Positions 37,401-48,082 of a stretch of DNA of 64,000 nt are shown here, piece after piece. Positions within the stretch are counted from its first letter, which is position 1. The number at the start of each line of letters is the position of its first letter. Position numbers and translations under genes: made by a program. The notes under the pieces were generated by a model that worked only from the letters and a program-made list of their open reading frames with translations, ran no database searches and was not told the origin of the DNA. Origin of the DNA: Callorhinchus milii (Eukaryota); contig NW_024704774.1 of the NCBI RefSeq assembly GCF_018977255.1, positions 1,054,001 to 1,118,000 on the forward strand. Direction: 5' to 3'.

Positions 37401-40400
37401 TGCACTGAATTGTTTTCCTTTACATTGATTACCCCATTTGAGTGTTGACCCCCAAACCTTCCATATCAACCTTGCTGGTGCTGATAACAGAGCCAGGCTG
37501 ACACTCAATCAGCAGATAGTAATGGTGTTACACAAGGTGTTAAACTCACTTACCTGTACAAACAATGCTCACATCTTCTTTATGACCACAGTCATGCTGC
37601 CCCCATGGAGACGAGGCACATTCCCATAGAGCCGATTCATTTCCTGAACATCTCATCTCATCCAACCAAACTGGTCCTGAGGTTCGCCCACAAAGAGCAT
37701 CAGCTGCTTCATCAAATACTGGTCCACATCCGAGCTGTTTGCACACAACATCCGCCTCAAGTGATCCCCAGGAGTCATCACACACCGTACCCCATGTTCC
37801 GTTGTAGTAAATCTCCACTCTCCCAGCGCAAGAACTCCCACCGTCCATCAGTCTGATCTGAACATCTTCTGCTAAACGTAAGCAAAGTTTAATTGAAGGT
37901 AGAACTGATGAGATGGGAGCACGGAGTTTGGTCTGTGGTAAGTAAACGGGCAGCAGAATTCTGATTGAGCTTAATTTTTGAACAGTGTATCTCGGGATTA
38001 AGTCAAGCAGAGCGTTTGTCTCATCCAGTCCGGTGGTGAGAAAGGCAAGTAGGAGGATTTCGACTACATTTGGGGTAATATGTTGTAGGAGGCGTGCAAC
38101 ATAGCTGAAGTGAAGGAAGTGGAACTGGTCAGGGATGAATGTGAGTGAGGAAGCTTATTCTGGGATCGAAGTGGATGCATAGATTGCAAACCTCTTCGGT
38201 GTGTCTGAGGGAGACCCCGGCGAGGCTGAGGAGTTCAGATCCACTGGAGTGAAGACATTACCGGGAGCCGAAGAAAATGGCTTCTGTCATATCAACAAAA
38301 AGCTGCAAGAAGCTTGCACACATGAGGTCTTCCACAAAAGCTTATAGGACATGGACGAGCCTCGATTCGCTGCTCGAGAAGGCAAAGGAGGAAAAGGAGA
38401 CAAGGCCATTGATGGAGCCCTGGGGTAGCTCGAAGTTGAGCGGGTTTGGTTGGAAGAAGAAACAATTTAATACTAGAAATTTTATTCTCGTGCTGCTGTT
38501 AACACTTTTGGCAAACGTTCACTCACTTGAACTTTGCACTCCAGCATCAACTGTGCTCCCGTTTGATTGATTTATCCGAAGCTGTTTGTTATCTGTTCCA
38601 TAATAGAAAAACAAAAGTCAGTTTTCTGGTTGGGAAAAACGTTTGCGTTTTAAAATTATCAGCATCCGTTAAACAGAATTGTGTGTCGATATATTGAGTG
38701 TGGGTGAACCTTCATTATACATTGACTGTCATTCTCCTGTCAGAGCTCATTCGCAGAACCAAAGGTGGAATAATTCAATGATAGCGGACGTTTTTGCATC
38801 GAAGAAGGAACACCAACAAGAAGCCCTATTATCAGATATTTTATAATGCGGTGTTAAATTGACAATGATTCATTCCATATGTTAGTAAAATGCACTCACC
38901 CGAACAAAGCACTCCCACATCACTGCTGCTCCCGGAGGATGAAGCCACTGTGGAATGTGCGCAGTTCCAGATGTGCGTCTCGGTTCCCGCACACTGAACA
39001 TTATTGATCCACACAGGTCCAGTGCCTTCCCCGTACTGGGAAGAGTTGTAGACTGAAATAGCAGAGCCACAGTTCAGCTGTCGGCAGATGACATCGGCAT
39101 CTGATATATTCCAGGAATCGTCCAGCAATCTGCCCCAAGTGCCGTTATGATAAATCTCCACTCGCCCATCACAGCGGCTCACACCGCTCTCTAACCGTAA
39201 GTGCCACTGTGTACCTGCAACGGTTTCAATCAAAAATTTCTCCATGAAAACGTGTGAGAGCTGAAGTGTAGATAATCGCAGCTACTCGTTGCTAAACCGT
39301 GGCAACACACCTGACACCACCACACAGAAAACTGCAGTAACATGCAAATAACGAGAAACTTTCACAGACCTACACATAAACAACAGACAACAACAGACAC
39401 AATGACATCAGCCTCCAACCCAATAACTCAACAAACATCAACCTAATGTGGTAGGAGTAAAGAAACTTCAGCAACAGGTGAATATTTGAAACAATTGTGC
39501 CCAAAAAGCATTACCGTCACACATTAAACCAAAGGTTTTTCCTCATCAGAATCAGTTAATCAGGTTACAGTGTGGGAATGAGGGGTAACTGCTGTATCTC
39601 AGGAGTCGATGCTGCTCCGTTCTCGATTGCAATAATATAATTAATGTACTTTTACCGAATTAATGCCTTAATAGGCCGCTTTATCACGTGCAATGTTTAT
39701 TGTAATTTCACTCACCCGAACATGCAACAGTAACGTCATGAACATGTGTGCAGCTGTACTCCTCCCAGAATGACCAAGGACAGTCCCACAGCAAGGACTC
39801 GTTACCAACACAATTAAAGTTAGTTTTCCAGATACGACCTGTTTCTTTCCCAATCTGTGCTCCAGGACCAGTTGATAAAGCATATCCACAATCCAGTTGC
39901 TTGCAGAGAACACCGGCGTCCTTTAAATCCCAGTAATAATCGCAGATGGTTCCTGATTTATAATCGCGCTGCAGCTTAACTGTGCCAGAACAGTTGTTGT
40001 TTCCGCCGATTAACTTCAGGGAATGATATTCTGTAGTGGAATGATTAACGTAATATGAATTATAATTTTTAAAATAATATTAATGATACAAACAAATAGC
40101 TTAGCGATGTGTGATTATCAGGCAGCAAAGACTTGAAAGCTGAAGCAATGATCAAATACATAGAGTCAGAAATCTACATGTAGTTTCGTGTCCAGTGTCT
40201 AATGCACTCTACAAAATATGAATTTACCTCCAAGTGTTTTACCCATTCTCTAAACAATACAATATTTGACTATTCAGCACCCTGCAAGTTAGTAGCTGAC
40301 TACAAAGCCTTTCATAGTACCTGCTATCAAAGGAAGGTCTGGGAGGGTGCGAAGCGAAATGATGACCGAAAGCAGAGACGATAAACACAGTTTATAGTTA

Positions 40401-43400
40401 GTCTGTGATTTACAGCAATTTGATACTTTGACCCCAAATGTTCAGAAGGAATACCTCTGTGATAAGCACTATTACACTCGGTGTCCCTCCTACGGCTGTG
40501 AGTGACGCACAATACAGAAGATGTTTTTCTCTGCAATGTCAAAAGCTCTCTATGAAAGATTAATACTGTCAGTGACTGATAGTAAAATGCGATCAATTAT
40601 TTTTCAGCACGAGTTGTTTGGTTCCCAAATACAGCTAACAGTCAAACATATCCAGCAAAGTATGTTTTTAAATACTGTATCCGTGTTGAGACAACATGTT
40701 TTGACACTGTGTTGAAGGCTGTACCTGAGCAGAATATGCCACCGTCTCGATCATGTCCGCAGTCAGGCCAACCAACAACAGGTCCCGATCCTTCTCCAAA
40801 GCGAGCATCACTTGATACTGATAAAGCAAATCCGCATCCCAAATATTTACAGATATATCCGGCCATCTCCATGTTCAGGTCATTTCCACAAACTGACCCC
40901 CAAGTGTCCTGGGTGTACAGCTCTACTCTCCCCGAACAGCGGCTGCTTCCATTCACCAGTCGGGGACTTTTAGTTCCTGCCAATAAAACAAAAACAAATC
41001 ATCAGGGATACATTCTAAGTTATATGCAATTAAAATGCAACGACAACATGGATTAATATGGCGCCCCAAAGGCAGCTTTGGGTCCCAGAGGACTTATCAA
41101 TACCATATCATCATAATCTACGGGAACCATTGGGTTTTTCTAGGATATCAGCAGTTGTGCATGAAGTGTTGGATACCGGAGACGTGGATTTGGTGCTCAG
41201 AAGGCATCAGATCACGACAAGTATTACATCCAATTATATGTCTGATGAAAATAGTTCATGATACATCTGTTTGTGGGGTTGTGGCCAGAAGAACACTTTC
41301 TGCCGAAGTAAATAATTTGGAGCTTGTGAAGCGTTCAGCTGGGAAAGACTTTTTGGAAGCAACTGGAGACGTCAAGTCTGTGTATGAGGAAACGCATTAA
41401 GCTTTCGGCTTCTTTGGAAATATCTGGAGAAGACGATATTTACGAGAAAGGAAAAGAGAAAAGAGGCGGAAGTCTGTATGTTATGTTGAAAAAGCTGGAT
41501 TTGTGGATCCAAAGACAAAGTGATGAACAGATTCTCGGGGGAACCAAAAAGGATGGCTTCGATATTGTCAAATTAAATTAAGGAAATTAATGCTCGTCAA
41601 GACTGATGGTATCGGCTGTCGGTTATCGCAGCAGAGGTCGAGTGATAGAGACTTCACTTCAAGGATGATTTATGATAAATGGCCTTTCTCTTTGAAATGA
41701 CGTCTGAAAGCTCTTCTTGGGATCTATTAGCAATTCAAAATTCTGTATTTGGTTGGGGAGTGAACAGCATTTTTGTCCAAGATTCAGAACCTGTCACTAA
41801 GAAGGTTCTTTGTGTAAGGTGTGGTGTCCTGTAGCTCAGTGGTTAGAGCACTCGCTTTGCAAGCGAGAGACCTGAGTTCAATTCCAGGCAGAGGGCGAAA
41901 CCTCGGGCAAGTTTCCTTACTCCACACAGAGCCTAATAATAATCCCTCCAAAACCCAAAACAATAATAAATTGGTCATTTTCAATCCATGACTGTTTGTG
42001 GGACATCGCTGTGCGCCATTGGCTGCCGCGTTCGCCCACAAATATACAGTTAATTCACTTTACAGTGTGTTCTGTGAAGCGCTTTGGGACGTCCTCCCGA
42101 CGTGAAAAGCGCTATATCAAATGCAAGGATTATTATTATTATTATTATTAAGGAGGTGATGGGGCAATCAGCAGCGCAGCAAGTGAGCTAGAGGGGCAGG
42201 ACGGAAAGCCGTTTGAGTTGAAATAATAAACACTCCTGCACGCAGGCTTCATACCGCAGTTAGAAGATTATATTTTTACCACTTGCAAACTTAATTCCAG
42301 ATTATAACCATCGTCATTTTTGACATTGAGCCATTTATGACAGGTGGACGCCTCGAAGCTCTTCACAGGATCTACTGTCACATTTGATTACTACGTATTA
42401 TCTGAGACATTTTGGTCGGGAAAGGGAAAATGTGTTAAAAAAAAAACAACTTGCAATCATGTAACATGTCTTGGACCGTTTAATAGTGGTTGACCCCGAG
42501 CCGGGGGTGGGGTGCCGGGCGAGGTGCTGGCCAGGCGATTGAGGGATTCTCTAGGATTAATTACTAATTATTATCTTAAGGACGCATATATTTAAAATAA
42601 ATATATTTTACTTCCGTGCTGAAAAATTATTTCATTGAAGGATTGAAGCCACAGTTGTGCAGAAACACGGAGGTTAAAGAAAATCAACATTGAACGACGG
42701 AGGAGGGCTGGAGGGTGGGCGGTAGCGGGGTTGAGGGTGGGGGGTGGTGAGGAGCGGAAGGAGGCGGTGTGACCCCCCAAAAAACTAGGGATTTAAAACT
42801 GACAAACTGACATCATGTGGAATGCAATCTCTATCAGAGTTTCTCAAACTGTGGTTTACCGAAAATATGAGGATTGAAAAAATTGATGGGAGACTGAATT
42901 ATTTACCTGAGCAGATGACGCCGGAATCATAGGTGTGTGACCAGTAATAGTGACCCCAGGACCCTGACTGACAATCCCTCAGAGTAGACTCACTTCCTCT
43001 GCACCGAACATACGCGGTCACAACGGGACCTGAGCCTTCGCCAAAGTGAGCGTCTCCTGATGCTGACAGCGCGGCCCCACAGCCCAACTCCTTACACACC
43101 ACAGCCGCGTCCAACATATCCCAACCACTGTCACCAGAGCCAAAGCCATCCACTGTGCCCCATTGTCCATCGTGGTAGACCTCCACTCTCCCGGCACACG
43201 GGCTGCCGCCATTCACCAGCCTCAAATGATCTGCAAAAACATCACCAACAATATGCCTTTGTAATTGATTTCCAGTCGCGCAGGATAGTCATAATTATAA
43301 TAATAATATTTGTACATAATCGGAAGCGCTCTGAGTCGCCGTCCGGGGTTGAGGGCGCTATATCAATCCGAGTTGTTTTTGTTGCAGCTGTTGCATTTGC

Positions 43401-46400
43401 CTACACAGTCATTGCTCCTTACAGTAAATTCTGTGTAGCGCTGGAAGAGTTGTGCAGGTTGTGTCAGGGCAGTGTATGTAATCGATGGTGGGACTTGAAC
43501 GATGGTTTTCAGTAAATGATAGAGTTAAAGTTGCTGCACATTCCACGTGTCCTCATAGTTCAGGTGACATTGATAGGCTCAGCGGGATGTGGAACAATAA
43601 TAATTGACACAAGACGAAAGTTAAATGTGGACTGGAATCGAGGTGTGGATATTTGGAGGGGAGAACAGGGTGGAGAGGCGTGTAAATCAAGAGACGATTT
43701 GAAGCACAGACCGAGGTTACTAAAGTTGTATTACTTAGGTTTGTTTAAATAGGGGATTACATAAGGTGGAGAAAGAGGGATCGGGGAGCAAATGCTTTAG
43801 CTTCCATTTACAGGAAAACATCAGTCAATACGTATTAAAGTTGCAACGGTTAGATGGAAGACACGAATCGCCTTGAGTGTTCCTGCAAAGATGAGGTTAA
43901 AATTCAAACAAACAGAGGAAATGTTCCTCTCAATTCAGTACTGTAAAGGAGAGAAAAAATAACAAGGACAAACTCAACGTGAGATGTATTGAAACTGCGG
44001 GATAGATCTTCACAGCAAAAACAATAACTTCTTATCTTCTTGTACATGTGCCTGTCACCCGGGGAAGGGAAGGGTCTCTGGGTTCTTAACAGGGCAGAGC
44101 TTGTCCAGAAACACTGCAGCACTCTTCCTCAATCCCTCCTCCTTGACTCCAAGTTTATATAACATAGGAAGAGCTTCCACTTCGACCTCCCTGTTTCTCT
44201 GGGTCGGGGTCCTGCTGACCCAGGCGCTCTGAGATGCTAACCTGCAAGAGGGACGGTATGCCAATGCAAGATGTTGTCAATGAGGCCGAAGGATAGGTGG
44301 GACTGCTAGAGGATGAGGGGTACAAGTAAGATGGTTAGGGTATGACGTGAATGGCATGTGAGTGTCAGGATTATAAACAATATCCGTTTTGCTAATGGAA
44401 GCCAATGGAGCCTGACATCCATAAAAGCTGCAGCAAGTTGCATCTGCAGTATATTTCGCACCATTTATGTCGGGAGGATGGCCCTAGTCTTGGGTTTGGT
44501 GGTGCTACAAAGTTTTGATTTAATTGTATTTTATGAATTTTGTGCTGAAGACAAATAGCTTATCCAAAAAAAAACACTCACCTAATTTCTTAGCTTGACT
44601 GTCGACTTGAGGACCTGAAATGAGAAAGTTTTCGCCAGTTACATACTTTAGAAGTTTAGTTTGAATGATGAACCCTTTTGAACTATTCAATCTCATTCCC
44701 CATCAGATTAGTTTTGACAGACAGAGAGTAACCCACTTGTAAAGCTCAGTCCGTTCTACTTCCACTGCACAACGTTGCGCTCACGGTCAAATTGAACGCT
44801 CAACTAAGTTGATAAATGATCAGTGAAATCAGATCAAAGCCTTCTCTCTCAGAGGGCGATACCGCCTGACCGAGCCTCACACAATATACAGTGTGACTAA
44901 ATAGTCGCCATACAATTACAAGTCTTATAAGTCTGAGGGAAATGGTGATAATATATATTATATATGTATATATATTGAATCTAATTATATGAGTACTGCT
45001 ACTCATAATAATCCTTTCGTTGGATATTGCGCATAATCCCAACATTCAGACGTCTCAAAGCGGTTCACGGAATATAATGTACAGTTTAGTGACTCTGTCA
45101 TTTGGGGATGAAAGACGGAAGGAAATGCACTGAACAGTGCCCCGCAACAGCTCTGCACAAAAACTGAGCGACCAAATTATTATATTTGTCAGGAGATTTG
45201 GCGTCTCCGACAATACGCGGCTCTCTCTCCGTCACCATCGCCCCAACTCCAGCGCTGTGCTGTATCGTTATCCGGGTCTGTGAGCTCAGGTTCTCCGAGG
45301 TCTGTGGGTGTGCGGTTGTGTGGGTGTGTGTTGGGGGGGGGGGGAGGATGTCTAACCCGCAACCTCCTGACTCGGAGGCGAGAGAGAGAGCAAAGGTCGG
45401 AAACGCAACCGAAGCCGAAAATTAAGCACTCTGTAGCTGGAAACTATTTAACTATAAATGTGTCAGTCATTTTCCATCCACTTAAATAATTTATTCATCG
45501 CATTGTGAAAAGGTGTGAAGGATTGCAACTGGCGAGGAGAGCTGCTTAATGTGAGACTAAACATCAGATATTCCCATCTCCCGTTGAACTGACTTTGCCA
45601 TCTTAACGATAAAGCCTGTTTTTAACATCCACCATCAAGTGTCACCTCACTGAGACGCCTCAGAGCGCTTCACAGAATATAATGTGGTTGAAACTCTGCA
45701 GCAGTTGTGCAGAGCCGTATCCGACAAACCGTCGTGAATTAATCATTATATTAATGATATGGTGTCCAATGCAATGCGGCGATCCTCATTCCCCCACATA
45801 TACCACCACCTCCAACACAACCAACACCACCACCACCACTCATGGCTGAGCTTGTGAGTCAGTCAGGACTGTGAGATCAGGGACCCCGACGTGCGTGTGT
45901 GCGGTTGTGCGGTTGTGTGAATATGTGTCTTTTGGGGGTGGAGGGAGGGTCAAACCTACAAACTACTGACTCGGAAGCGAGAGAGCGAGCAAGAGATGGA
46001 CAGCCGGACACGCAATCTATACTGAAAAAAAAGACATCTACAGCTCGATTCTTTTTAATTACTAAGGTGTCACTCATTTTAGATCAGTTTTATTAATTTA
46101 TTAGTCACATTGATATCAGTGTATCTCAGTGGTTAGAGCACTCGCTTTGCAAGTGAGAGACCTGAGTTCAATTCCAGGCAGAGGGCGAAACCTTGGGCAA
46201 GTTTCCTTATTCCACACAGAGCCTAATAATAATCCCTCCAAAACCAAAAACAATAATAACGCGTTCGCCCACAAATATACAGTCAATTCACTTTACAGTG
46301 TGTTCTGTGAAGCGCTTTGGGACGTCCTCCCGACGTGAAAAGCGCTATATCAAATGCAAGGATTATTATTATTATTTATATCACGTATTACGTCATCGAG

Positions 46401-48044
46401 ACGTCCCAAAGCGAACGGCAGAATACAGTGACAAGTGCAACGACTGTGTCTTTTGTGGGTGAAACGCAGCATCAATTGTGCGCAGCAATATCCCAAAAAC
46501 AGTCGTGTATTAAGTGACCAAATTATTATTGATGTAAGATGACTTGGTGTCTAGTACAATGCACTTCCCCAAATCCAGCCCCCACCACCCCCACCACCAC
46601 CCCCATCGTTGGTCTGGAGTGTTAGCCTGGAATATGAGGGGTGTGGGGGGTGGCAGATGGGGTGTGGTGGGGAGAGAGGGGGTGGGGAGGTGGAGGTGGG
46701 GCTCCAAGATAATAGGGGCGAGAGCGAGATAGAGAGCAAGAGAGAGACTCAGAAGGAGACGCAACCCACAAAGAAAGATAAATATTCTAAAACTGGAAGC
46801 TTTCCAATTATTGATGTGTTGGTCATTTTAGATCAGTTTTATTCATTTACTGTTTACAAGTATTATTCTGGAAATGCGTTGAGTTGCAGAATACCTTCTC
46901 GTTAACACGTTAGTAAACTAAAGATTCCCAAATGCTACACATTAGATGTTGAGTATTATTGCAGAGGTATTGAGACACATGACTGCATGCAACTCTGTTA
47001 ATGATACACAGCAACAACATCACATTTGTAAAGTTTCTTTCACATCGGGAGGACCTCAAAGATTGGGCCCCGAGCTGGAGGTTGGGATCAGGGTGATGGA
47101 GGGCAGGGAGGGGAGAGGGAGCTGCCTGGAGGAATGCGCGGTTGAAGAGGAGGGAGTTGAGACGTGTTTTGATGGAGGCAAAGGAGGGAGAGAGATGAAG
47201 TGACTGTGGGATCTCCAGGCGCTGTGGGCCAAGGAGCTCAAAGCCGATGGTGGGGTAGGCCGGGCGGGGGGTGTTGAGAAGGCCAGAGCCTCCTGAGGGT
47301 AGGGAGCGGACCAGATAATAACTGTCCTTGGGCATTTCTGTACTTTCATCAGTATCATTAAGCTGAATTGTTCATTACTAATGCACCGAATCTATAACTG
47401 AGAGCAATACCGCTTACAATCTCAATCATATAAAAAATACTTTTAAAATACACAATGTTCATGAATATCTGAAGCCTTGAGAAGCCATTGCCGAGCCTAT
47501 AGTTATTGGTGTTCACATGCATTAAAAGTCGCACTGACAAAGATGTGAAAGATTGTAACTTGCCAACACCTGCGTAACATTAGATGAAACAGCAGATGTT
47601 CATACTTTCCTTTACACTGACTTCACAATCTCAATGATAAATTATGTTCTTAACATCCACCTTCAGATTCCTCAAGTCAGAAAATCATGTATTTAAGAAT
47701 ATGACCTCAATTCAAACTAAATGTTTCTAAATAATGACGGTTTTTTTGAAGAACATTTATATCTAAATTAATGAGGATGTCCCCTCGTTTGCCATGGAAA
47801 AGTGATTGACGCACTCTGTTCAAAGATCTTGAAATGAATAAAAAACATACTTTGATTTGCTGCCGTCGGATGGTTTAGGGCCTTCTTACACTATATGATG
47901 ATTAATCTGCAAATTACCTTTACATTTGACGTGAATGTATTTGGATACCATCACAGCACACATATTGTTTAAGCACTTGACTATCTGCAATAAATTCACT
48001 GACAAATTCATCTGAAACAATCCTCACATTTTAATTCAATACAA

Positions 48045-48082
<38 letters not shown>

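Noticed and set aside
41826-41900. tRNA-Ala gene (also at 25168, 46117 and minus-strand copies)
   Set aside because: Head continues into SINE body and tail, lacks a proper acceptor stem and T-run terminator; these are SINE heads
44733-44752. 19-nt micro-exon ending at a GTGGGT donor
   Set aside because: Purine-rich acceptor with no pyrimidine tract; not needed once the 47890-47851 exon is used
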